Shown here: piece after piece, positions 20,568-29,390 of the stretch | Layout of the letters: each line of letters starts with the position of its first letter | How positions within the stretch are numbered: position 1 is the first letter of the stretch | Origin: Candidatus Saccharimonadota bacterium | GTDB lineage: Bacteria; Bacteroidota; Bacteroidia; Cytophagales; Amoebophilaceae | DNA length: 32,000 nt | Direction: 5' to 3' | Assembly (NCBI RefSeq): GCF_965196625.1 | Contig: NZ_OZ239769.1 | Span: forward strand, 600,001-632,000 | Made by a program: the position numbers and the translations under genes | Notes under the pieces: generated by a model | What the model was told of the DNA's origin: nothing | Database searches by the model: none | What the model saw: only the letters and a program-made list of their open reading frames with translations

Positions 20568-20632
20568 TCAGCGGGAAAACAGAACTCGCCCATTATGTGG
20601 GCTTCAAAACAGCTGTTTTTCTGATCCGCTGA
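20568..20632. terminator. long imperfect stem-loop between convergent rpoC and gap (possible bidirectional terminator)
   Basis: TCAGCGG/CCGCTGA (7 bp), GAAAACAG/CTGTTTTTC (8 bp with a bulge) and an inner GCCCA/TGGGC stem. Sits in the 112-bp gap between two convergent stop codons. Confidence 0.35.
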
Positions 20633-20646
20633 GCAACCATTTGGCT

Positions 20647-21636
20647 TTAGAGCAACCTGACCACATCTACCAGCCGATGGGCATAGCCCCCTTCATTATC
20701 GTACCAACTTATTACCTTGGCTAATTTACCATTGACGTAGGTTAGCTTTCCATCTACAATAGAAGAATAGGTGCTGCCTATTACATCTACAGAAACAATG
20801 GGCTCCTCTGTATAGGCCAATATATCTTTAAGCGGTCCTTGAGCTGCTTGGCAGATGGCTTGATTTAAAGCTTCCTTGGTAGTTTCTTGTTTTAATAGGA
20901 CTGTAAAGTCAACTACTGAACCATTCGAGACCGGAACACGCATAGCCATACCATCTAATTTGCCATCTAAATGCGGCATTACCAGCCCTATTGCTTTGGC
21001 AGCACCTGTAGAAGTGGGAATAATAGAAAGCCCAGCTGCCCTGGCTCTTCTTAAATCACTATGTGGTGCATCTTGCAATGATTGATCAGCTGTATAGGCA
21101 TGAATGGTATTGATGACGCCCTGTTCTATACCAAAATGATCGTCTAATACTTTGGCAACTGGTGCCAAACAATTGGTTGTACAAGACGCATTCGATAGAA
21201 TAACCGGTTTTGTTTTTAAGATAGCATCATTAATACCCAGCACAACGGTAGGAATGGCTCTATCCTTAGCAGGTGCAGAAAGCACAACCTGTTTGGCCCC
21301 TGCAGTCAAATGGTTACTGGCACCCTCTTGGTCTAAAAAACGCCCTGTAGCCTCTATAACTATATCCACACCTAGCGTGTTCCAGGGCAGCTCAGCTGGA
21401 TGAGGCAATGCATAAACATGGATGCGCTTGTTATCTATCGTTATGCTGGTATCATCAAATGCAACCCTTCCTTTAAAGGGACCATAGTTGGAATCATATT
21501 TCAACAAATGGGCCAAAGTAGCACTATTTGCTAGGTCATTAAGCGCAACTACCTCTAGATCGCTATAGGCTAAAAGGTTACGCAAGGCCAATCGACCAAT
21601 ACGACCCAATCCATTAATTGCAATTTTTTTCATCAT
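20647..21636 (-). CDS. gap: glyceraldehyde-3-phosphate dehydrogenase (type I)
   Basis: 329 aa ORF with INGLGRIGR (NAD-binding), SNASCTTNCLAP (catalytic Cys) and WYDNEGGYAHRL. Confidence 0.95.
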   Translation of the reverse strand: MMKKIAINGLGRIGRLALRNLLAYSDLEVVALNDLANSATLAHLLKYDSNYGPFKGRVAFDDTSITIDNKRIHVYALPHPAELPWNTLGVDIVIEATGRFLDQEGASNHLTAGAKQVVLSAPAKDRAIPTVVLGINDAILKTKPVILSNASCTTNCLAPVAKVLDDHFGIEQGVINTIHAYTADQSLQDAPHSDLRRARAAGLSIIPTSTGAAKAIGLVMPHLDGKLDGMAMRVPVSNGSVVDFTVLLKQETTKEALNQAICQAAQGPLKDILAYTEEPIVSVDVIGSTYSSIVDGKLTYVNGKLAKVISWYDNEGGYAHRLVDVVRLL

Positions 21637-21648
21637 TTAGGGTTTAAA

Positions 21649-22749
21649 TTAACTTAAAAGTTTGTCAAGTTTCTTTAATAAGCTGGTTCTATACCCGATT
21701 CCTATTAGTAGACCTATCCTGCCCTTGTTCCATCCACTCAATGATTTAGGATTGTTACAAAGAGTAAGAGCCAGATCTTTATTGTCTTTGTAAAGTATAA
21801 TCATTGTTTCCAATAGTCCAATACGTTCATCCTCGCTAAATCCTGTAAAGAAAACCTTGAAGAAATTTTTAAGACTCCCTAAGCCTGTTTGATTAAACAA
21901 TTCTTTTAAATAGTTTTGGTCTGATTGAGAAAATATATTTATCAAGTTTAAAAACCGTTTTCTTTCATCACCTTTTAATGGTAATTTAGTCCCCCAGCTA
22001 TCTTGTGGTGTATCATCCCCTTTCTTTTGTTGTATTTGCTGCTGTTCTTTAATTAACTGGCTTATATCTTTTGGTTTTTGATCAGGAGGTGGTGCGGTAG
22101 CATCTGTTTTTTGATGGGCAGGTGGTGTAGTAGTATCCGTTTTTTCGTGAGGAGGCGGTGTAATAACATCCGCTTTTTGATGCGCATGTGGTGTGGTAGC
22201 GCCTGTTTTTTGATGTGCAGGTAACATTGTCGTATCACTTTGCTGCATAAGATTTTTAAGAACCTTTTTCCGTCCGTCATCTGCAAGGTTAAAGAATTTT
22301 TCTTTATTCGAATCATCTAACTGTTTAAATGCGGTAGGGAACTTCAATGCAATAAGCTCGTCCACCTCATCTTGGCTACCTGCCTGGTCTATATTATTTT
22401 TTAATGCAATGGCTTCATTTTTTGGTAATATTGCAAGTAAATCTCTATACATTTGCGTTCTTTCATACCTTTGGTGTATAAATTTTTCTAAATCATCTTG
22501 GTTTTTGATGTGATTGATTGCTTCTTCTAGCTTCTTTTGTGCACCATCATTTTCTGCTATGTCAAATAGCTTGCGGTAACGCTCTTTAGCCTTTTCAGAG
22601 ATATTACGGACCAATTCATTGCGCTTGGGTATAAGCTCTTTGCGTACACCAAAACAACCTGTGAAAGGCAAATAGGCTATAGCTACCGCATAAAATAAAA
22701 AATAATGCAGGAAACATGAAGCGCTTTTCTGTTTTTTTCTATTTAACAT
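21649..22749 (-). CDS. hypothetical protein with leader peptide ending in Cys and a Pro/Thr-rich repeat linker; paralog of 22969-24165
   Basis: The ORF opens at 22785. The paralog alignment supports the ATG at 22749 (MLNRKKQKSASCFLHYFLFYAVAIAYLPFTGC versus MLNRKEQKRVSCFVHYFLFYTLVLACLPFIRC). Shared EAIALKNNI module and a conserved ~110 aa C-terminal region. Confidence 0.65.
   Translation of the reverse strand: MLNRKKQKSASCFLHYFLFYAVAIAYLPFTGCFGVRKELIPKRNELVRNISEKAKERYRKLFDIAENDGAQKKLEEAINHIKNQDDLEKFIHQRYERTQMYRDLLAILPKNEAIALKNNIDQAGSQDEVDELIALKFPTAFKQLDDSNKEKFFNLADDGRKKVLKNLMQQSDTTMLPAHQKTGATTPHAHQKADVITPPPHEKTDTTTPPAHQKTDATAPPPDQKPKDISQLIKEQQQIQQKKGDDTPQDSWGTKLPLKGDERKRFLNLINIFSQSDQNYLKELFNQTGLGSLKNFFKVFFTGFSEDERIGLLETMIILYKDNKDLALTLCNNPKSLSGWNKGRIGLLIGIGYRTSLLKKLDKLLS
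22072..22215. repeat. degenerate 33-bp tandem repeat (~4 copies) encoding HQKT(G/D)ATTPPA-type Pro/Thr-rich units
   Basis: The peptide HQKTGATTPHA HQKADVITPPP HEKTDTTTPPA HQKTDATAPPP DQKP reads as 11-aa units. The corresponding DNA units are visibly similar but not identical. Confidence 0.7.
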
Positions 22750-22968
22750 ATGGTTGCTATATAATAAAATATAGGCCCTTGCCATATAATGTCTAAGGGG
22801 CCTTCTTGTACAAATTTATCCTTAAATTTAGGGATTTTTGTAGGTTCACAGTAGTAAAATAGTATGGTTTATCTATTTTTTTAGTGACGTTTGTATAGAT
22901 CTTGCTCTTTTTTATTAATTTTTTCCATTTAATATTAAAATAAAAAGATTATTTGGTCTGTTTTATCA

Positions 22969-24165
22969 TCAAGATAGAAAATCCAGAACCTTAAAAAATA
23001 AATGTACTCCTTCCCACTTTATGTGGTACAGGATAATACCCCGTTCCCAGTAGCTGAGTGATTCAGGTGTGTTGCACAGCTTAATAGCGAGTGTTCGATT
23101 CCGTCTGTGAAGATAAATCATATTTTGGAAGACTTTCATACGTTCTTCTGTATCCAATGCGTTAAAGCAGGCATATAACAACGTATTAAGATTCTCAGGC
23201 TCTACTGCACTGAAAAGGCTTTGTAAATCTTTTAGATCTTCTGAGTTAAATGGTGTTATAAAAAGTAAAAATTCATTTCTTTGCTCACCTTCTAGCAGCA
23301 AGAGGTCCCCCCATTCATCTTGTTGTGCTTCATTTTTCTTTTGTTGTGCTTCGTCGTCTTTGGCGGTTTCTTCAAGTAATTTATCTATATCTAGTTGGGT
23401 ACCTGATGTAGTTGCATCACTATCATTTGGTTTTGGTAGGCTGGATGCAGAAGCGTTTTGTTCTTTTGGGCGCATAGAAATGCCACTAACTTTTTTAAAG
23501 AATTCTTGACGTTTCGCATCTGAAAGTTTAGATATTTTTTCTTTTTGACTATCGTCTAACGCTTTCAATGGAGTAGGGAGTTTCGATGCAATAAGTTGCT
23601 TTATCCCATCTGAGTTGGTAGCATTAATAATATTATTTTTTAATGCAATGGCTTCATGATCTGATAATACCTCAAGTAAATCTATATAGTCTTGCTGCGT
23701 TTGCATATCAGTAGCTCTAATCATCTTCATTTCACTGAAGCGTTGATTGACAAGTTCTTTTTGATGATTTACTTGTTTATCTATATCATCTATATCAAGG
23801 CATTTATCAAACGCTTGTTTTAAGGTGGTCCGTTCAGGTTTCGGCAGCAACTGAATGAGCTTATTGTAATCTATATAATTTTGATACAATGCTTCTATAG
23901 ATTTTTTGAGTTGCGCTTTCGTTGAGATTTTATAAATTACTTTCTTTAAACGCTCTTTTCCGTCATCATCTGCCATTTGAACCAGTTTGAGGTACTGCTC
24001 TTTGATGCTTTTAGGTAGGTTGGCCAAAATTAAATTGGGTTTAGGCATCAACTTTTCTCGTATACAACCACACCTAATGAATGGTAAACAGGCTAGAACT
24101 AGGGTGTAAAACAAAAAATAATGTACGAAACATGAAACACGTTTTTGTTCTTTTCTATTTAACAT
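22969..24165 (-). CDS. hypothetical protein, tandem paralog of 21649-22749
   Basis: 398 aa ORF with the same leader. The helical module is duplicated (LLPKPERTTLKQAFDK.. and LSDHEAIALKNNIIN..). Acidic/Ser-rich linker and a conserved C-terminal region (DEWGDLLLLEGEQRNEFLLF...NTPESLSYWERG). Confidence 0.65.
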   Translation of the reverse strand: MLNRKEQKRVSCFVHYFLFYTLVLACLPFIRCGCIREKLMPKPNLILANLPKSIKEQYLKLVQMADDDGKERLKKVIYKISTKAQLKKSIEALYQNYIDYNKLIQLLPKPERTTLKQAFDKCLDIDDIDKQVNHQKELVNQRFSEMKMIRATDMQTQQDYIDLLEVLSDHEAIALKNNIINATNSDGIKQLIASKLPTPLKALDDSQKEKISKLSDAKRQEFFKKVSGISMRPKEQNASASSLPKPNDSDATTSGTQLDIDKLLEETAKDDEAQQKKNEAQQDEWGDLLLLEGEQRNEFLLFITPFNSEDLKDLQSLFSAVEPENLNTLLYACFNALDTEERMKVFQNMIYLHRRNRTLAIKLCNTPESLSYWERGIILYHIKWEGVHLFFKVLDFLS

Positions 24166-24587
24166 ATAGGTTCCGTAGGGATAAGATAGTAAATGTAAAT
24201 AGTATGTAACTATGTTGAAAGAAACCTATCTACAATAATTAAGTAGAGCATGCCTAGCTGCTTATTTAGAATGTACCTATTAATCTTACAAAAAAAACTA
24301 TAACTTGGCAACCATTACTGAGTGGTTTCGGTTACCTATAACTGTTTTTTTGCATCTTGCTATACTATAATCCTGACAGTTGCTAGATAAGCTTTTCTGT
24401 AGGAACAAAGCGGCCATTTTTTTAACTAAATATTATTGTATATATTTGCACCATTACTTAATGGGAAGCGTTTTGTAGTCCTAAAAACCAAATCTTTATA
24501 TTCCATCCTTTTCTTGCACAATATAAAGGCTCTGGCATCGCCTTTAGCAGGAGTGTAGGGAGCTCATTACTTAGTCATTCAGTGCAT

Positions 24588-25727
24588 ATGCAACCTTTGT
24601 TCTTTTTTTACTTTTCTAAAAGATATTTAAATATACTTGCCTTTTTGTGGATTTTATCTATGAACGGCGTTGTATATATCCATGCTAGAACAGCAGCAAA
24701 TATAGCTCCGCTAGCCAACAAGCCATTTGCTGTGGATAAAGCGCTTATATGGGCGATTCAAGAGAATGATTTAGAAAAGGTTACTGCTTTATTATCTGAT
24801 GGTAAAAATGTTAATAATCAAGATTTTTTAGGATATAGCCCATTGCATTATGCTGCTAAATATGCTCAGGCAAGCATTGTAGCCTGCCTTATTGAAGCCC
24901 AAGCTTCATTAAATCAAAAAAGTGCTAAAAATGGCCATACGCCTTTATTGCTTGCCATTCGAAGGGGGCATAAAAAGATTGTATCGCTTTTGCTAGCAGC
25001 TGGTGCCAAGCCAGATATTGTAAATCATCAAGGGTATAATGCATTACAACTGGCCGTTCGAAACGATAGAAAAGATCTTGTGCAATTGTTATTGCAGGCA
25101 GGTGCTACTTATGAAAGTGGGACTAGTCCTTTATTGATGGCCATTAAAAGGCAGAATTTCCCAATTGTTCAACTGTTGTTGCAGCAAGAAGAAATGGTTG
25201 AGACACGTGATAAAAAGGGATATACGGAGTTGCATTGGGCGATTAGGCAAAATGTAGTGGCGATCTTTCGAGCTTTATTAAAGTCTGGCCGTTTTAATGT
25301 TAATGCACAAGCAGACAACGGTGCTACGCCCTTGCATCTTATAGCTGCAAATAAAAGAAGTAAGAGTAAGTTATTAAAAGCTTTGCTAGATGCCCCTTTA
25401 TTAGAGGTAAATGTACAGGATTGTACAGGGAGTACCCCCCTTCATTATGCAGTAGCTACTAATCACCTAAAGGCTGTGAATGGCTTGTTGCGTTATGCCT
25501 CTATTGATGTGAATCTACAAAACAACCTAGGCCAAACCCCTTTACACTATGCGGTTCAATGTCAGCATGTGGCTGTTGTAAAACAACTATTGAAACGTGT
25601 TGGAAAGGGTGTGTTTATACAAAATAAAAAAGAGATTACACCGTTAGAACTTGCGGCTATGCATCAAAACAACGCTACCATTTATAACCTAATACTAGCC
25701 CATATAAGCCTTTTAGGTGTTGATTAA
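24588..25727 (+). CDS. ankyrin repeat protein (~9 ANK repeats) with N-terminal hydrophobic segment
   Basis: Repeated G-x-(T/S)-P-L-H-x-A-(A/V) ... (I/V)-V-x-x-LL-x-x-G-A units, e.g. GYSPLHYAAKYAQASIVACLIEAQA, GHTPLLLAIRRGHKKIVSLLLAAGA, GSTPLHYAVATNHLKAVNGLL, GQTPLHYAVQCQHVAVVKQLL. ATG at 24588; the track ORF opens at the GTG at 24582. Confidence 0.9.
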   Translation: MQPLFFFYFSKRYLNILAFLWILSMNGVVYIHARTAANIAPLANKPFAVDKALIWAIQENDLEKVTALLSDGKNVNNQDFLGYSPLHYAAKYAQASIVACLIEAQASLNQKSAKNGHTPLLLAIRRGHKKIVSLLLAAGAKPDIVNHQGYNALQLAVRNDRKDLVQLLLQAGATYESGTSPLLMAIKRQNFPIVQLLLQQEEMVETRDKKGYTELHWAIRQNVVAIFRALLKSGRFNVNAQADNGATPLHLIAANKRSKSKLLKALLDAPLLEVNVQDCTGSTPLHYAVATNHLKAVNGLLRYASIDVNLQNNLGQTPLHYAVQCQHVAVVKQLLKRVGKGVFIQNKKEITPLELAAMHQNNATIYNLILAHISLLGVD

Positions 25728-25797
25728 CCCTTATGCTAGAAAGAGGTTTCTGCAATAGGCTGATTACATTTTCAAGCACTTTATTATACATTTTGAG

Positions 25798-27087
25798 ATG
25801 ATCAAAGAAGATTCAGTTATTCTTGCACTGATAGCAAAAGAAAAAATACGTCAAGAAGAGGGGTTAGAATTGATTGCTTCTGAAAATTTTGTTTCTGCTC
25901 AAATTGCTGCTGCAACCGGAAGTATTCTAACCAACAAATATGCAGAAGGGCTTCCAGGCAAACGCTATTATGGTGGTTGTGATGTCGTGGATGAAATAGA
26001 ATCTTTAGCTATTGAACGGGCCAAGGCATTGTTCCATGTGGATTGGGTCAATGTGCAACCCCATTCTGGTTCACAGGCAAATGCAGCTTTGATGATGGCG
26101 GTTTTGAAACCTGGTGATAAAATTCTGGGGTTCAATTTAGCCCATGGTGGCCACTTAACCCATGGCTCGCCTGTAAATTTTTCTAGTAAGTTGTATCAAT
26201 CTTTTTTTTATGGTATACACCCAGAGACGGGTTTGATTGAATGGGAGGAAGTGGCACAAAAAGCAAGAGCGATACAACCTGTTATGATTATTTGTGGTGC
26301 CTCTGCCTATAGCCGTGATTGGGATTATGCTCGATTACGGGCTATTGCAGATGAAGTAGGTGCCTTTTTATGGGCAGACATTGCCCATCCTGCAGGTCTG
26401 ATTAGCCAGGGGTTACTCAACAATCCTTTTCCTTATTGCCATTTTGTAACCACTACAACCCATAAAACATTACGAGGGCCTCGAGGTGGTATGCTACTTA
26501 TGGGAAAAGATTTTGAAAATCCTTTTGGCAAAACCAATGCGAAGGGGGTAGTCCAAAATATGTCTGCTTTACTGGATGCGGCTGTTTTCCCTGGAACCCA
26601 AGGTGGGCCGCTTATGCACACGATTGCTGCGAAGGCTATGGCATATTTCGAAGCTATGACCAGCGATTATAAAGCCTATGTGATACAAGTGCAAATAAAT
26701 GCAAAAGCGATGGCACAAGGATTAATGGACAAAGGATATAAAATTGTATCTGATGGAACAGATAACCATCTATTGTTACTGGATTTATCTAGTAAAAATA
26801 TCACAGGTAAAAAAGCGGAAGCCGCCTTACAAAAGGCTGCGATTACCACTAATAAAAACTTAATCCCTTTTGACCATACCACTCCACAAGTTACCTCAGG
26901 TATCCGGTTGGGAACGGCTGCTGTAACGACTAGAGGGTTGGTCGCCTCTGATATGCTGTTGGCCGTAGAATGGATCGATCGTGTTCTTAAAAATATTGAC
27001 AATGAATCTAAAATTAAATCAGTAAAGGAAGAAGTCAATAGCTATATGCGCCACTTTCCGCTCACAATGGTTGATCATTCGAGGTAG
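25798..27087 (+). CDS. glyA: serine hydroxymethyltransferase
   Basis: 429 aa ORF with [31 protein letters not shown] and [14 protein letters not shown] (PLP lysine). Confidence 0.97.
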   Translation: MIKEDSVILALIAKEKIRQEEGLELIASENFVSAQIAAATGSILTNKYAEGLPGKRYYGGCDVVDEIESLAIERAKALFHVDWVNVQPHSGSQANAALMMAVLKPGDKILGFNLAHGGHLTHGSPVNFSSKLYQSFFYGIHPETGLIEWEEVAQKARAIQPVMIICGASAYSRDWDYARLRAIADEVGAFLWADIAHPAGLISQGLLNNPFPYCHFVTTTTHKTLRGPRGGMLLMGKDFENPFGKTNAKGVVQNMSALLDAAVFPGTQGGPLMHTIAAKAMAYFEAMTSDYKAYVIQVQINAKAMAQGLMDKGYKIVSDGTDNHLLLLDLSSKNITGKKAEAALQKAAITTNKNLIPFDHTTPQVTSGIRLGTAAVTTRGLVASDMLLAVEWIDRVLKNIDNESKIKSVKEEVNSYMRHFPLTMVDHSR

Positions 27088-27123
27088 TTGAAAGGTGATC
27101 TATTTACCGAGAAGCTTTATAGC

Positions 27124-27730
27124 CTATTCCTTAGTATTTAAATAATCTGAATTACCGTAAGCTTTGTTTAGTGGGGTATCATATTCATCTATCAAAATAT
27201 AGACTTTTTGACTATGGTGTTGGTAGAGGCATTGACTCAGGAGCTTTAGTGAATCCTCTAAATCTTCCTGGTCGGCAGATTGATCAATAATAGATTCAAA
27301 TGTTTTTAACTGTACCGTATTAAGCTTTTCACTATTTAATAAATACTCAAATGAGCTAAACAGGAAAGCTATCTGTTTACCTATTTTATTGTAAGCTCCT
27401 TGAAAACTGTTTGAATTGACATCCTTAAAGCTTATCATAATGACAGGGTATTTACCTTGATAAGTCTTCAGATAATCTACCTTCCTTTAATTTACGAATA
27501 GCTAAATTATCAAATCAACCTGCTGTACTGAGTCCATTCACCTCTGAGGCAAAAAAATGGTACAGCATAGACATATTCAGTGTCTTACCCCAACGACGAG
27601 GACGGGCGATTAACCTAACCTCATCGCCCTTATTAAGGAATTCAGCAATTATGGATGTCTTATCGCAAAATAGGTAATCGTTGGATACCAACTTATGAAA
27701 GTTACTCACTCCAATTGGTAATTTTTTCAT
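27124..27730 (-). pseudogene. remnant of a predicted AAA-ATPase family gene (AAA-ATPase_like/PD-(D/E)XK type): nonsense, frameshift and 3' truncation
   Basis: Fragment 27515-27730 reads MKKLPIGVSNFHKLVSNDYLFCDKTSIIAEFLNKGDEVRLIARPRRWGKTLNMSMLYHFF and ends at an in-frame TGA. After a frameshift it continues as YQGKYPVIMISFKD...VYILIDEYDTPL (27124-27438+). It then stops about 300 aa short of the usual family length. Confidence 0.7.
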
Positions 27731-27791
27731 GATGTGAAGAGTTAAAACTATTGAATTAAGTTGATGCCACTGATTTAAACCAATTCGATAA

Positions 27792-28547
27792 TCAATCTTG
27801 TTTCTTGTATAGCAGTTCTTTAATCTTTCCAACAAATAGAAAGTCCTCTAGCTCCGCTAGTTTGGTATGTAAAATATCCTTAGAGCTGCCTTCCCATAAC
27901 TTTTTACCCTGGTAGAGGAATAAGATAAAATCACCGAGGGATAAAATAGTGTTCATATCGTGGGTAACCACTACTGTGGTCATTTTGTAGGTGTAGGTTA
28001 CCTCAGCAATTAATTCATCTATTTTAAGTGCAGTTTGTGGATCTAGCCCTGAGTTGGGTTCATCACAAAAGAGGTATTTAGGGTGGTTTACAATGGCTCT
28101 AGCAATGCCAGCCCGCTTTTTCATACCGCCACTTAGCTCATTGGGCATTTTGTGCTGCACATCTGGTAGACCAACCTGTAACAGACACTCATGTACACGA
28201 TCTTTTTTTTCAGCTGTGCTCATATTGGTCAGTACATCTAATGGGAAGCGAACATTTTCTTCTATATTTTTAGAATCAAATAAAGCACTCCCTTGAAAGA
28301 GCATGCCCACTTTTCTTCTTATTTCGGTTTGCAGCAGCTTATCACCATGGACTAGATCACGCCCATCAAAAAGCGAAAAGCCCTTATCTGGCATAACCAA
28401 ACCAAGCAAACATTTCACCAAAAGGCTTTTGCCCGTTCCACTTGCACCGATTACTAAACTTATTTGCCCCGTTTTAAATAGCCCACTTACACTATCTAGG
28501 ACCATTTTATTATTAAAGGATTTAGAAATATTCTCAAAGGCAATCAT
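27792..28547 (-). CDS. mlaF: ABC transporter ATP-binding protein (MlaF-like)
   Basis: 251 aa ORF with Walker A GASGTGKS, signature LSGGMKKR and Walker B LFCDEPNSGLDP. Lies directly downstream of the MlaE-like permease. Confidence 0.88.
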   Translation of the reverse strand: MIAFENISKSFNNKMVLDSVSGLFKTGQISLVIGASGTGKSLLVKCLLGLVMPDKGFSLFDGRDLVHGDKLLQTEIRRKVGMLFQGSALFDSKNIEENVRFPLDVLTNMSTAEKKDRVHECLLQVGLPDVQHKMPNELSGGMKKRAGIARAIVNHPKYLFCDEPNSGLDPQTALKIDELIAEVTYTYKMTTVVVTHDMNTILSLGDFILFLYQGKKLWEGSSKDILHTKLAELEDFLFVGKIKELLYKKQD

Positions 28548-28562
28548 AAAAGATAGGTCAGT

Positions 28563-29306
28563 TTAGATACGATGACCGAGCAAAACATACACTAAAAATA
28601 AGTCTGCTATTAAAATAGCAATACAACTATTGGTAACCGCATTTGTACTGGATTTACCGACATCTAATGACCCACCCCTTGTAAAAAAACCTTTGTAACA
28701 AGCAATGGAAGAGATGATAAAGCCATATACCAATGATTTATAAAGCGATACATGAATGTCATATGCATCAAAGGCCTTTCTTAAGCCATTTATATAGGCT
28801 TGAGGGGGAATGGAGGTAAGCCATTTGCAAGAAAGAAACCCGCCATAAATAGAAAGAAACATCGCAATGATTACCAAAAATGGATACATGAAAACGGTGG
28901 CAATAATCTTAGGTAAAACCAAATAATTATTGGCATTTACACCCATAATCTCTAATGCATCGATCTGTTCACTAATGCGCATAGAACCCAGCTCGCTGGC
29001 CATACTAGAACCTATTTTCCCAGTAAAAACAATACCAATCACAGTTGGTGCCAATTCAGAAACCGTCATATTGCGTACTGCAACCCCTATAAAATCTTTC
29101 GTCATAAGTGGGTGTTTGAATTGAGAGGCCAGCTGAATACAGGTCGCCCCGCCCATAAAAATGGAAATAATACAAACAATAAAAAGAGAATCAACGCCTA
29201 CTTGAATACATTCTTTGGCGATCCGAGACAAAAACATGCGGCATGGAACAGGGTTTCCAAACATAGCACGCAAAAAAAGTAAATATTCCCCAAATGCTTT
29301 TATCAT
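28563..29306 (-). CDS. mlaE: ABC transporter permease (MlaE-like)
   Basis: 247 aa multi-TM ORF. Motifs such as GVDSLFIVCIISIFMGG, GSSMASELGSMRISEQIDALEIMGVN and SSTNAVTNSCIAILIADLF are typical of the MlaE/Ttg2B family. Forms an operon with the ATPase. Confidence 0.85.
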   Translation of the reverse strand: MIKAFGEYLLFLRAMFGNPVPCRMFLSRIAKECIQVGVDSLFIVCIISIFMGGATCIQLASQFKHPLMTKDFIGVAVRNMTVSELAPTVIGIVFTGKIGSSMASELGSMRISEQIDALEIMGVNANNYLVLPKIIATVFMYPFLVIIAMFLSIYGGFLSCKWLTSIPPQAYINGLRKAFDAYDIHVSLYKSLVYGFIISSIACYKGFFTRGGSLDVGKSSTNAVTNSCIAILIADLFLVYVLLGHRI

Positions 29307-29390
29307 AGCTTAAAATAAAACCCCAATATACAACTTCTACTCCGGAAAGTAATCAAAAAATAGATAGCAATCAAGCTATAATCCTTCATA

